A DNA stretch of 63,850 nt, counting the filler. It is 4 parts of 4 records of this genome, joined end to end, with 100 filler letters (N's around TTAATTAATTAA, not from the genome) between each part and the next. Parts side by side here need not be neighbours in the genome. Positions count along the whole stretch, not along the records: positions 1 to 29,103 come from SRR2962707_880; positions 29,204 to 38,869 come from SRR2962707_886; positions 38,970 to 49,855 come from SRR2962707_888; 1 more part is not named here. One strand, 5' to 3'. The position numbers were made by a program, and so were the translations under genes. Shown piece after piece: positions 28,542-41,900 of the stretch. Position 1 is the first letter of the stretch, and the number at the start of each line of letters is the position of its first letter. Below the pieces are notes generated by a model. The model saw only the letters and a program-made list of their open reading frames with translations. It had not been told where the DNA came from and searched no databases.

Positions 28542-28896
28542 TCCTGTTTAGTAGTTGTATAGTCGTTTATAAGGTTGTATGATGATCGCTTTTCCGTTCA
28601 TTTTTCATCACTCTCTCACATGATTTCTTAATCAATCGATCATTCCTTGTTTTTACTCGATGAAATTTTAAGGCAAATTTTCCATCTGCTTTCCATTACG
28701 CTTCGATTTTTAGCCTAACCTCATTGTAATAATTTCAGAATTTAATTTGGTATAATGTTGTTATCACATGCACGTCGAATTTTTATTTTGTAATTATTCC
28801 TGTATTAAGAATTTATGAACTGTTAAAAATGCTTGCAACTTTTTTGTCCTTTGATTCATCTTTGTAGTGTCAAAACACTCAAATCGTTCGCAACCA

Positions 28897-28998
28897 ATGG
28901 AAATATCAAGGACATTATCTCTGAAAATACGAATAGGCATGGTCATTATGATCGCCATTTTCTTCGTGAGAGCTTACGCTGAAGGCACTCTCATTTAA
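28897..28998 (+). CDS. Unannotated 33-aa single-TM small protein
   Basis: MEISRTLSLKIRIGMVIMIAIFFVRAYAEGTLI; preceded by promoter-like CATCTTTG (28857-28864) and followed by a terminator. Confidence 0.55.
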   Translation: MEISRTLSLKIRIGMVIMIAIFFVRAYAEGTLI

Positions 28999-29040
28999 TA
29001 TAAAAGCATTTAAGATTCTTCATACGTATATTAGGTTACT

Positions 29041-29069
29041 AAGCCCCTGACTCATGTCAGGGGTTTTTT
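29041..29069 (+). terminator. Intrinsic terminator
   Basis: AAGCCCCTGAC-TCAT-GTCAGGGGTTT hairpin with T tract. Confidence 0.85.
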
Positions 29070-29103
29070 ATTACCTTGTCTCGTCCTGAAAAAAGTTGAC
29101 CAT

Positions 29104-29203
29104 NNNNNNNNNNNNNNNNNNNNNNNNNNNNNNNNNNNNNNNNNNNNTTAATTAATTAANNNNNNNNNNNNNNNNNNNNNNNNNNNNNNNNNNNNNNNNN
29201 NNN
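29104..29203. other. Artificial contig linker
   Basis: 44 N + TTAATTAATTAA (stops in all six frames) + 44 N. Confidence 0.98.
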
Positions 29204-29226
29204 ACAACAACAACAACAACAACAAC
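29204..29226 (+). repeat. (CAA)n microsatellite at contig end
   Basis: ACAACAACA... immediately after the linker. Confidence 0.9.
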
Positions 29227-31351
29227 AGCGAGCTTCTGTGGTTGCTGCTGGTGTTGATGTTGATGATACAAAGGATTTTGTTGGAGCAGCGTTCTCCAAG
29301 ACAACAGGAGAAGATCTCCGACTCTCACCTCGCCCCCGTGGCTTCACGTCCCGAGTCGAGCGATTGTTCTCTGGACTCGGCAGGAGACGACAAGGAAAAG
29401 GAGGAGGGGGAGCCATGAAAGCGGACACGGTACCGACAGACGCTGAGAAAGTGCCCCGGCCCTCGCGCAGGTACATTCCGTTCCACCCGAAGCGAATTGC
29501 TCGGAAACTGCAGGCAGACCCTCGGTTTGCAGCAGACCCGATTCGAACGGAGCAATTTATGAACATTTTCCGCATCTACCGTGGAGCTTTGCGCCTGCAG
29601 TGGATGCGCCACACAGACGTACTTCGGTTACTGGCTCATGATCTTGGAGGCATCAACCCTGATCGGGTAGCGCTCGGGGCCGGCCACTCACGCCGCCGCT
29701 CTGCCGCGACTGCTGCAGTGGACAACTTGAAAGATACTTTACCTGCAGCTGGCAATGAACGTGCAGCAGCTGCTACTCCAGTGGACAAGCCAAAGGAGAT
29801 TTGGCCTGCAACTGACGATGATCATGTCGGGTTGGGCAATGCTCGTGAATCGCGCAAGGACGGTGCAGATGAAATAAATCGAGAGGCACTACCGGAATTC
29901 GTAGACTCCCTGCACCTCTTGGCAGACAAGGCGAATTACGATTTGCTCAGTGAAGAGTGGATGGAGCGCAGTCTGTTTTCGCCAACACTCACAAAAGGTG
30001 GAATTACGGTTGTGCCCTTGAATCGACAGGACTACAGCACGATCTTGGTTTGGGTCCGCGGCCGCCATATGGGCCAGCACATATCTGTGCACGATCGGCA
30101 CGCTGGAGGCTATGTCAACCGCTTGCGCGACGCCGTCGAAACGACTCTTCGGCCCGTCATGGAAGGAAACCAAGCACAGAAAGACCGCAAAGAGCTTGAA
30201 CGCTTCAGTTCTGTTCTGGTGGCCGTGCGTATGACAGCTGAAAAAGACCCGAGCGAAAGTTTGCACCTTTCATTGTTTAAGGACGTGCCTACTTCACAAT
30301 TGCATTTATTGCTACCAGATGTCGGTGTGAGTATGAGTCACGCCGATCGTGTTAAGATTCTCTTCATGGGTGGCGTTGGTGGGCTAACAGTGGCAGCGAA
30401 AACAGCCGCTGTTGCATATTGCGCGGCGGGTGCTCAGCTGAAGGAGCAAGTCATTGCCAAGGGAGGGGCAACGGCAGTCGTAAGTCAGGCTGGAATGCCC
30501 ACCCAACTCTCCAATCTGTGCTGGGCGCTGCTCTGCACTGCCTTTTTCGTTTGACGCCATGCTGTTCTAATTGTGGCAGGTTGCAGAAAAAGCAGCTGCT
30601 GCCGCAGCCAGTGATAATGTGCAGGCTGGGCTGATGCTGGCTTTGGCCATTGCCGGAGGTGTGACCTTTCAGACCGTGGCGCATTTCCACTCGACAAAGG
30701 CGAGATTTGCCGCTGCTCTGCAGCGCAATTTGTACGAAAAGAACGTGGCTCACAACGAAGTCGTCATTAGCACTCTTGTGGAAGAGACTGAATTGCAGGA
30801 GCTAAAAGAGGCTATGCTGGGGTGAGACTTCATGATGAATCTGCCCTGAGATATGTTGTTCGGTGAACATGCGCGTGTGAAAGTGAGTTACTGGTGCGAG
30901 TCGGCGGTTGGGAAAGTCTTTCAACTTCACACCTTTTGGGTTGTGCATTGTGCGACTGTGCAATCGTAAAACCGGTGACGTTCTCAGGTACGCTGCGCTA
31001 CTAGCAAAACCTGGCCATCCTCCAGAACCCAAAACTGCTGCTGGTTTGAAACGAAGCGTTGAGGCATGGCTTGCAAACCAGTTTGGTGGCGATGCTGCAC
31101 AGGCCATTGAGTTTGACTCTCACGATGCCCTGGCTAAACTTGTATCAGCCGGGCTCGTAAAACAAGTAGAATATCAGCACAACGGCACCGCAGTCGATGT
31201 CCATGACATTGATGGACAGAGTATGTACCAAGCTGTAGATGTGTCAGTTGCACTGGATAGCGTTAAAACACAAGCACGCGCTGAAGTAGAAGCTGGTGGT
31301 CAGATGCTTCCCACCGAATTGAACGAACGACGTCCAAAAAGCAAGGCATAA
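29204..31351 (+). CDS. Eukaryotic DUF3754/TMEM143-like protein, 3 exons, 5' partial
   Basis: RYIPF, KANY..LS, LFKDVP...L..LLP, LYEKNVAHN, QELKEAMLGY, IEFD..DAL.KL. GT-AG introns 30480-30579 and 30822-30987 restore one frame. Confidence 0.8.
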
Positions 31352-31448
31352 GCATAAGACGTTTCAACTTTGAAACATGAATACGGTGCAAGTGCATTTA
31401 CATTTTTTATGATGCCATTGCGAAGAAAGCCCCTTCTGCCCGCTTACG

Positions 31449-34400
31449 TCACTCACATGGCTCGACTTCGCGTTGCTCAGAGGTTTGAGCTTCATCGTTT
31501 GTTTGGGTAGTCACCTCGAGCCCAGAGGTACGAGTGAGGATCGCATGCAGGCGAGATCCCTTGTGAGGTCCTTCAATCCCGACGCAGGGCAGCTCATGCA
31601 ACATCTGGTATGTGCGCGCGAGCTTGTCTGCCAAATCACGCAGGCCTCCAGGTTGGTCGTAGAGCACCTCGACGGCGTGCGTGGAAACGACGCGACGATG
31701 AGGTGTTACGATCATGGCAAGACCGACCAGGAGCTCTTCGAATTCGAAGAATACAAGCTGCTTCGCCCGCGCGATATTTTCTGCCTCCAGCTGCACAATC
31801 CACCATCGCCAAACAAAATTGCATGAGCAAGGACATTCCAGACACTTCACGTCGCACAGCAAAAAGAAAAAGCAAGAACACACCAAGGCAAGACGCTGCG
31901 TGGGATTCAAAGACTCGACACTTGCAAGTTCAACGAGACGCAATTCTTGAACCAATGCCATCGCACGGTCTGCCTCGCCTGCTGCTGCCAAAAACATAGC
32001 AATTTTATCGACATGGGACAGGTGAACCGACACTGGTGCACCACCACCAGGGGCTATTGTCTCGGATTTCTTTGTCGTGGTGTTGCCATTATCATGATTG
32101 GAATCTTGGGCTTCGTGACCGGCGGTTTTCCTATCCTGGTCAACAACCTCTTCAGATTCGCTTTGAGGCGGGAACAGGTCATCAAGAAACTGAAGGCAGT
32201 CATCGAAACTCAATTGGGGGCGGTCGCCTACTGCATTCCCATCCCGCGCACAATATGTGCAAAACACCCCAGCTGTAACGCGCGAGTTGTGCCACAAGTA
32301 CTCTTGGATAGAAGACCGCTCGATTTCACGCAGAACCCTATTACATATCCAGCGTTGGGGCACAAACATGAATGTGTCAATAACGTAATAGATGCGTCGC
32401 TGCCCCAATGGGCTGCACAACGTGATACGACAAAGGTAGACCCCAACGCACAAATTGTCATGAACAGAGCCTTTGGCGATATCATCCTGCAGAAATTGAG
32501 AGCACGCTGCAGAGATGGGGAGGGTTCGAACACGTGCCTGCACCGACAGCACCGAACGCAGGGGGAATTCCACAAATTAGGGATGCACGCACACGCACAT
32601 AACACTTTCCGACCAAAAAACTCAAGAAATCTTGTTAGGCATTGATGACCAGACGCACAGTTTTTGCCTTAGCGTGCAAGAACAACTCTGGTGAGTAAAT
32701 TTTGATGCTCAAGAGAATGATGAACACCAGGAACTCCGGCTGGTCCAATTCCTCGGGGCGTTCACTTTGAACCCCAGCATCCCCGTGACCACTCGAAGCT
32801 GCAATTTCCATGGATGCGTCGGCTTCGCAATCAGAGGTTTTTTTCTCAGTTGCTGCTTTTTCGCTCGCAGAAGCTGGCGCTGTCGTTCTTGTTTCCGAGT
32901 GGGCCGGCTCACGTTTCGCCTCTGCACCCGTGTCATTGACCTATGCACAAAAGACAAAACAATACGATTATTTGGTTTCACCTTTTCGTCTCAAAACGTA
33001 CCAACTACAGCAAATTTATCCCCAAGGCACAGTATTTTCCCAGGGCATTGAAAAAAAGTCGCGTACCACGGCAAAAAAGTTGTCAACGTCCACTGCGCTA
33101 ATGTGAGCTTGGTGTGAGTGGAGAACTCCTGTGCGCAGCACAAACAGCCACAACATCGTGTGGGATATTCCTTCCGCTTCATCGTGCTTCAGGTCATCGG
33201 GACTATCAGCACTCGCTTCGGGCCCCTTGCCGACTGGCCGTGCATGAAAGCTTCGAGCTCGCAACTGGGTACCACAAGACGAATCGTGGGTGTAAGCTGA
33301 AACAACATGTACATCACGTGATGCTGAATACATTACACCTGCAATGGTGAAAAAGGCAGTAGGAATGTACCCGATTGAACAGCCGACTGATGCTGTTACT
33401 GTGACGGCCAATGACCTCATGAATCTCGCGAGTTGCTGATTCAATCACTTCCTTGGGTGGCCACCGACCGCAAAAGAACAGGAGCATTCGCTGAATCGCC
33501 TGCAGCAGGGCACATGGCATCGACACATTGATTTGCTAAGATACGACGTGCAAAGACAGGCATTCTTCCAAACGGCGCAAATATTTCCAAGAATATCCGC
33601 AAACCTCTTCAGAAGGTTCAAACGCCAAGTATATGGAATTGGCCTGGCCCACAAGAGCTACATCAGACGCCAGAACCACTTGGCTCATTCCAAGCCAGGA
33701 AAGATGCCCAACCACCGTCATTAATTCCGGAACGCTGCGTCGATCCTCAACATATCTGCGCCAACAATGGAGAACAATCCAGTCACCACGATTGCAGAAG
33801 GGGGCATTGAAGACAGTTGAAAGCCGACAAAAAGAACCTATTGGAAGTGAACACTCACTGCACATAACGCTGAAGGATGGGATGGTATACTTCGTCCAAA
33901 GTGGAATGAATATCGTGACAATGACTGACACACCAACACATTACAACACATTAACGACAAACAGATCGCAAAACAGTCGTTTTGTTTACCAAAGCTAAAA
34001 CAAACACAAACACACTCAACGTAACACAATCAGGCACAATCAACCTTGTCGCGCAAACTTACACAAGAAATTCTTCGTGTGGGTGTTCTCCAGTTCGAAA
34101 AACACCCTTTCTTGCAGCAATTCGGTTCGTCACATCGTGCATGGCGGTGCACGTGGTGACAAGCGATATTCGGTGCTGGTAAACTCGGTCGCTAAGCGCA
34201 CGCAACACATCAGACCGATCATTGGAGGCAGCATTGTTGGATGGAATCGGGACTGTGGCGCTGATGTCAATACGAGCTGACTCGGTGTTCACTGAAGCAG
34301 CGTCAGCATCAGCATCATCAAGGAGCGCGTCAAGGTCCGCCGCTTCATCAAGCAAATCTTGCAATTCCAGTGACGTCTTTTCGTTGCCGCTTGCTATTTT

Positions 34401-37400
34401 CCCTGCTGCATATTCAACAGCATGTTGCTTCACACTTTCACGAGATTCGTCGCTATTGACAGTGTTGCTACGATCGTGCGACAATCGGCTGAGGTCGAGT
34501 TGGTTGTGGGCTGCATTTGATACCCATCGGGCACTATTGACCAAAGCACAGTGACAAACCGCATTGGCTGTCATCAATGGATCACCAGCAACTGATGATA
34601 AGGTTTCTGCCCCCGCCAACTTGGGCGGCTGCTCAACCATGTTTGACACATCGCGCACCAAAATGTGCGACATCAACACCCACTGCAACTCCTGTCGGTA
34701 ATCTGGGGTGACAATGCATTCTCGGCCATCGACAGTAACGCGGATGTGTGCAACACCACCACCCACAACACTGGCTGCGTTCCCGGTCGCTTTCTGCCTT
34801 GAGGCAGTTGCTTCACGTGACGAAAGATTGGCATACGTCGTTTCGTCGCACAGGACATCCACCAATGAAGTTGATGGCCCAAACCCAAGCGCCTCGACGA
34901 TGTGACGCGCATATCTACAGTGCAAAATTGGCCCAATGCATAAAAAATTCCGACGCAACTTCGAACTGTGGTCCCAAAAAGTAATTTTGCACAAGGACAA
35001 CATACTTGAAATTTGCATCAGAGTCTGTCAATGGCCAGGTGAGATGGTCTTTGCTGAGTGGGTTACTGGCCAAGGCAACAGCTTTACGCAGCCACCGCAT
35101 CATGCCCCAAAGCTTGGCAGCACTTGCAGCCGACACAACATGGTCTAAAAATACGTCCAGACGGTGTGCCTCTGCCACAGATGATCCAAACTCTCGAACA
35201 AATGCAGTCCGGCAGGACTGTGGAGCTTGATCTACAAGTGTGAGCAGGTACCTAAAATGAGAGCAACAACAACATAGCAGCGTGAACGACGGAGACGTGC
35301 ACAAGAAATGCTACTGGAACGGTTCACTCCTGAAGGATTCTGCTCGCACGCAACGAACACTCGCGTCCATCGAACGAGAATATCCTGCCACAACTGAAGA
35401 ATTTGTTCATGGTGTCGCAATGTGCGATGAAACGGCAGCCATTTGCGCAACAATGGCGCGATTTGCCAGCGTTGACAGTGGGCGGGCGCCACAGGATTCC
35501 ATGGCTTGGCATTGAATAACGCAGAAGCCATGGGTGAGGGGTTTTGCAACTGGGTCGCTAGATTCTCGCTATTCGCACTGTGATTGTCCAGGTCCACATC
35601 CAGCTGGTCGTCAGCATTCAGCTCATCCTCCAACACTGTGATTTTAGCTCTGGAGGTTGTGCTACAAACAAACTGCAGCCAGTCCTCTCGTATTTGTGCT
35701 GACGAACAGTCTTTGCACAACATCGTTGGGGGCTCCATAAGAACACTCTCGCACGCATGTATTGCACGCGGTCGACTGTCGTTGGTGCTACTATTCATGG
35801 AGCTGGAGTAGATATCTGCGAGTGTGCTTCGCAGAAAACCTCCTGCCGGTACGTCGTGGGGTCGGCCGCGCGGCAAGGAATCACTTATTCCTCCTCCAAC
35901 GCGGTTTGCTAAAAGCTGGACCATCGACGTGCAGCAAAGGGTCAACTCCCGATGAACTAACAGGAGCAAGTTCGGTTCCCTTGCTGGATCCTTCAACAGT
36001 TCATCACATTTTACCAGTTTCGCCACTTGCTCATTGTACTGGGTGGTTAGCTCTGCGAGTTTTTGGCGCAGGTCGCGAGTTCGTGCGTTGCTGGTGTTCA
36101 TTGCACTCAAGATGCGCTCATGAGCGGCATCGACAACCTGCCGCTTCGCTAATACCCGACGTGCTCGTACCTATGCATACATGACCAAAAAAGGTGGGTA
36201 CGACATTAATGACGGTGCAACAGGTCTATCGTGGTGCTTGTTGTGATTCAAAAGTGCTGGCACCTGATTTCGAAAACGCCTCCAAGCATCAAAAACAACT
36301 CGTTTTTGATCCAAGGGCGTGGACAGAACTGAACTGTGGAACGAATGAATGTATCGCATAAGCCGTGTGCTCCCTCGTGACCGCGCAGCGTTTTTTTTAA
36401 GCATCTTGAAACACCAAAAAAGTAAACTCAATTGCCATCGACGCAAGCAAGCCTGAGTAAACATGACCTGCAATTTCGTTTGGTGTACAGGGTGAGATAC
36501 CCATGGTTGCGTCGTAGCAGCAATCGACGACTGAGTTTGCCACAGCAAGACGAGCAGGTAAACCAAATGATCTGCGCACTACGAACCTGGCCCTTGCGCT
36601 TGATCTGCATCCTCTTGAGCACCCCAGCAAATTGATCATGATAGTCGAGACACTCAGAAAACTTGCGCCGGTGCATGCGGGTTTGCTGAAACCATGTGGT
36701 ATCAAAAAATTGAATCTGTCTGAGCGTGGCCCCTCTTCGAATATTGCTGGCGGAATTAGACGACGGGGAAGAGGAAGGTGTGGGCGAAACACGGCCCGGC
36801 TGCGAAGACCCACGCTCATCGACGAGAGGAGGCACGTTAGAATCGTTAGCCGCGGTGCGGATGGCGGCTGCAATAATGGCTCCAACGTGTCTTACTCCAG
36901 CATCGGCTTGCCGGCGCCGCGTTTTTTTCCATTGCCGCCGCTCCACTTTTGAAAGTGCATACGGTCGCTCCATCGCACCGGTGCCGGCCGCGCTGCGAAC
37001 ACCGGCAGCACCACCGCGCCCTGCAGTGATAGCAGCTGAAGAGACATGGTTTGTGAATGCAGGTATTTCATCTGAACCGGCTCGTTTCCGTTGTTGAACC
37101 AAAGATATCTTTGGAAGCGACGGAATAGAAGAAGTGCTTTGGGTTTTTTTGTGTCTTACTTGTGGAGCAGAACCGGCTGTTGACGGTGATTGAAGTGACG
37201 GGAGGAGCGTCAGTCGCTGAGGCTGATTCGCTAACAGACAGCTAGCATGGTCCAGCGACGATAAGTCAGGGGCAGGCAGTGACAGTGGAACTAGATTTGG
37301 GCCGGCCGGATTTCCTTCCAGGGTGCGATGGCGACCACTCGGCCAAGACCGTCGGTGTGGCGCATGAACTTCTCCAGATGTTTTTCCAACACCGCCTCTC

Positions 37401-38515
37401 GTGCCAGGTTTCGATGCAGTGTCACCGCTGGTGCGACTGGTGGCGTCTCCACTCGTTGTACCTTGTGATACCTTGGCAATTGCTGAAATTGCAATCTCTG
37501 CGCTTTGACTGAATCGATGCGCAAAGGCAGCGTTAAACACAAGCGCCAGTGCTGTCAGTGCCGCAGGAGGAAGCCTTGCAAATAGGGGCAGCATTTCGAC
37601 CAGAACCGATGTTATTACATTGGTCACGAATGGATTCGGCGATAGCTCATCAGCAGTGATTTGCATAACTTCGGCGACTTTGACAGACTGGTAATTCAAT
37701 CGATCTGAGAAGAGCGCGCTTTCAGCATTTTGCGTGAAGAATGGAACAAATGATTCTGAGCCGTGGTCATCCAGGGACATCGGAGTCCACAGCAGCTGTT
37801 TCCGCCCGCCACGTCGCTGTTGAGTGCTTTGCGCAACATGCTTGTCAACACGATCTGCGCGGCGACGAATATCACGAAGCAATCGCGCTCGCATTTCCAT
37901 GGAGTCAGTCATTGAGAGCGACGAGTCTGATGTTGCGGTCGACAACGCCTGTCTCGCGAGTACTTCCCGCGTTCGACGGCTCATTGCGAGGCTCTCGGCA
38001 AACGCGTCTTCCTGCTCAGGACTGAACATTACATCCTCAAGATCTGCAGAGCTGAGATCGGCCAGGTGCACCGTTTGGGTGGGACCGCGCTCGCCTCCCT
38101 TCTTGCTACCCCAGAGTGGCTTGGCCTCCTGCGCAACATGAATTGGGGCCCGGTCAACAGTCGTGACCCCAAACTCTGCAAAGACAGTATCAGGATTCCC
38201 ACTGCGTCGCAGTGCCAGCCCGCCTTTCCTGTGACCGCCAGAATGGCCGCCTTCACGATGCTGCTGCTGGTGTTGCTGCTGCTGCTGCTGTGGTTGCTGT
38301 TTGCGATGACTGCCGGGTAGTCGAGTGCCACGGCCCGTTCCAGTGTCTGCGAACTTGACACGCTTCTGATTGGATTTACTTTCGGAGGAGGACGACGACG
38401 ACGACGACGAGGAGGACGAGGACGAAGAGGAGACGCTGTGGTGCTCCGTTGATTCGGCCCTTGCGGGGCTCGGCAGCATTATCGTTGCTGAGGCACCCGC
38501 CTCGAGGGGCACAGC
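31449..38515 (-). CDS. Large multi-exon eukaryotic gene of unknown function (possibly more than one gene; start upstream and unresolved)
   Basis: Successive minus-strand ORFs (36428-38512, 35232-36110, 34059-35018, 31449-32573) with splice acceptors at e.g. 38516-17, 36171-72, 35252-53, 34915-16, 33756-57; poly-Ser, poly-Gln and coiled-coil segments. Confidence 0.55.
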
Positions 38516-38843
38516 CTGTAGGAGTAACTGTTTTTTTTTTTTTTTATGAACACCGCATTACAGGCGTGGCAACGGATAGACCTGCGCACAAATCTACACT
38601 CAGACAGCGCTTATGGGTCGAACGGGCGGGCGTCACTCCCTGCCGAACGGGCGCCGACGACTCCTTGCGCAACGCTTGCCCAGCATTTTTTTTCACGGAA
38701 AGAATGCAATCACTCTGCCTTGTGACTTCATCTCGCGACAGCCAGCAAGCGAACACGAGAACGACCAAGAGCGAGCCGAACGAAAAAGCACGCACCAAGG
38801 CAGAAAGGCAGAAACCCGGAAAGGCAGAAGCGAACGCAGCAAG

Positions 38844-38869
38844 GAAGAAGAAGAAGAAGAAGAAGAAGA
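38844..38869 (+). repeat. (GAA)n microsatellite at contig end
   Basis: GAAGAAGAA... directly before the linker. Confidence 0.9.
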
Positions 38870-38969
38870 NNNNNNNNNNNNNNNNNNNNNNNNNNNNNNN
38901 NNNNNNNNNNNNNTTAATTAATTAANNNNNNNNNNNNNNNNNNNNNNNNNNNNNNNNNNNNNNNNNNNN
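38870..38969. other. Artificial contig linker
   Basis: 44 N + TTAATTAATTAA + 44 N. Confidence 0.98.
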
Positions 38970-41900
38970 GCAGCAGCAGCAGCAGCAACAACAAGAACAA
39001 CAACAGACTCGTCTGCCTCCTTGTTGTCCACCACGGACGAGTTCCCCAGCTTAGCGGACGCTGTTGCTGCGGTCGATCCGCAGTGGCTGGAGGAGAATGC
39101 AGACTTTGTGGACATCGTCAAGAGGCTGAAAAAATGCCGAGCGAAAGACTTGCGCAACCAGCTGGAGGCGAAGGGACTGTCTGCAGACGGCTTGAGCAAA
39201 GTGCTGGTGACCAGGCTTGCAGTTGCACTCTACGTTGAAGAGTTTGGGATACCTTCGGCACCTGCCAAGGACCGAGATTTGGAAAGCCAGCAGGCTGACC
39301 GGGAATTGAATGATGCACCGAGTAGCATTGACGCTCAGACCGCCAGTTGCGCAGCAGGTGGTGAAAACGACACGGGAGTTGGCGAGATCGGCGACGGGCA
39401 AGATGAAGGGGAGGAAGAAGTCGAGGAAGAGGTCGAGGAGTATTTTGAAGAGGACTTGTTTCGCGCAGTGTGGGAAGGTGACTTGGAACTGGTCTACAAG
39501 TGTACAGCGTATCGTCGGGCACTGGTGCAGGGCGTGGACAAATATGGGCGCTCTCCTTTATCAATTGCATGCGACCTTGGGCACGTGAAAATCGTGCATG
39601 GTCTTGTCGGCAGTTCGGCAAACATGCTTCATAAGGCGCACAATGGAATGACTCCATTGCACTATGCTGCCCGCAATGGGTACCTGGAGATTGCCAAGTA
39701 CATTCTCTTTCGGCGGAAACAAGCCATTGACAAGGCAACGGAGCTGGGAATTACACCTCTCATGGAGGCGTGCTCGAACGGACAGTTGAGAGTTGCTGAA
39801 TTTTTGCTGCAGCAACAGGCTTTTGTAAATGCTCGGGCCAAAGATGGGTGCTCGGCTTTGATTGCAACCATTCAGAGCCAGACATCGTCAGCCTTCCGCC
39901 TGACGCAGATACTGATGCGGCGAACATTCCGCACTGCGCCTGTGCACTCTTTTGTGGCCAATACACTTGACCCGTTGGATGACGACCCTGACCAGCGGCG
40001 GAGTTTGCTGAGTCAACCACACCCTGTGTTGGCTGAGCTACGCGCCACGTTCGAGTCGGCAGTGACCGAGGTAGAGAGCCCATGGACCCCAGCGCGTATC
40101 AATGTGTCATTGCGTGATGGTACAAGTGCAATTCACTTTGCAGCGAGAGATGCTGACTTGTATGTGTTCACTGCGGCACGCTGTCTTTTCTGGGCTTCCG
40201 CTTGCTATTTGGTGCGATGACGTCCACCCCTTGCTCATTTTCGTTGCTGCCCTAGGTACACTCTCGGGCTACTGTTGGCGTCAAAGGCCCGCGTAGACAC
40301 GCTTGATGAAATGGGAGTGACGCCCCTTGTGTTTGCGGTCGAGACAGGCGATTTTGAGTGCATTCTTGCGCTGCTTGCTTTCGGTGCCGACCCGGATATT
40401 GTGCCGAACGACCATCGTACCCCAGTATTCCATGCGGTGGAAACTGAAAACACGGATGCTCTGAGGCTTTTGCTGGCCTTAAAAGCGCGAGCTGATGTCA
40501 TTCTTCCAGAAAACAAAGCATCCGCTCTCCACATGGCTGCGCGAAAAGGATTCACGCCCGAGTTGACACAAATACTGTTGGAGGCGGGTGCCAATCCCGA
40601 ACATGTACTGGGTGGCCGATTTGAAGCAGGGTCTACGGCACTGCTCATCGCTGCGAAGCACGGGAATTTTGAAATAGTCCAGCACCTTGTCAACTTTGGA
40701 GCCAATCTTGAAGTCCCAGACACCACGAAACGCACTGCCTTGTACATGGCAGCTGACAAAGGTTACAAAGACATAGTTGTCGCTCTATGCGTGGGCGGAG
40801 CTCGAATCAATACCCAGGACCGATGGAAGACGACAGCATTGCATGCAGCTGTCAAGAGCAAGAATGTGGACGTGGTCGAAGCCATGGTAGACATGGGCGC
40901 CCTGGTGCACACTCGTAACGACTTTTCTCCGTACGCCAGTGGAGTTTTGTTCACGCAGAGCACGAGTCGCAGCATGTTTTCTGTTTTTAACGTTGTGATG
41001 TGTTGCCGTGTTTGCTGCGCGCCGCTTCATTTAGGTATCACGGTGCCACAAATTCCGAAAGGGCAACTCCAATTGAGCATGCCATCAAAACAAAGCGACT
41101 TGACCTGCTGGAGCTATTGCTCAAAGCTGATGATGCGGTAGCAGCTGTCAACGCAGCAGACCACCTTGGCAATGCGCCGCTTCACCGCGCAGCGCAAATG
41201 GGGTTCAAAGAGGCGGTAGAACTACTTCTGGTAGCGAAAGCCGAGGTGCGTGCACAAGGTTTCTTCAATTTCGATGCATTCATTCTTGCCACTCACTGAA
41301 CCTATCGAACCTGTGATTGATGTGTGCGCGCCTGGGATTCAGGTGAATTCTATCAATGGATGGCATGGTGCACCGTTACACTCATCACTAACGCGTCGAC
41401 AACAAAAGTGTGCGTATCAGCTGCTCACAGCTAAAGCTGATGTTACGCTCGTCACTCAATGGGCGGGGCTTCCAACGGACTTTGGCACAGCGGATAGGGC
41501 TCCCCGTGGCGCCACTGCCCTAAACATGGCCCTGAAAATGGAGCAGTGGGGAGTTGCACGCGACTTGGTGCGTATTATGTGTCGAAACTTGCACCGGAAC
41601 TGTTCCCACTTCGTTTTCACAGTCGATGCGTCTTGTTGTGTGTTTTTGTTGGATTTGCCTGTCCTGCAGTTGGCGATCAAGGCCGATCCTGATTCTGCTT
41701 TGGGCAACGGGGCAACGGCACTTCATCAATGTTTAGACGCAGACCAATTTGAGATGGCTCAATTGCTGCTGGATTCGAAGGCAGATGCAAACCTTGCCGA
41801 AGATGACGATGGATTGGCCCCGATTCATCTTGTAATTGATTCTGAGAACTCAACCATGCTTCGACAACTGTTGCTTTCACGCGCAGAAATTAACCAGCCA

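Noticed and set aside
29148-29159. TTAATTAATTAA palindrome recurring three times as a biological repeat or att site
   Set aside because: Always centred in identical N padding; it is a six-frame stop linker.
29204-29226. Contig-end (CAA)n/(GTT)n as telomeres, or as a join between contigs 2 and 3
   Set aside because: Different triplets occur at the other ends, orientation does not allow a direct join, and microsatellites commonly break assemblies.
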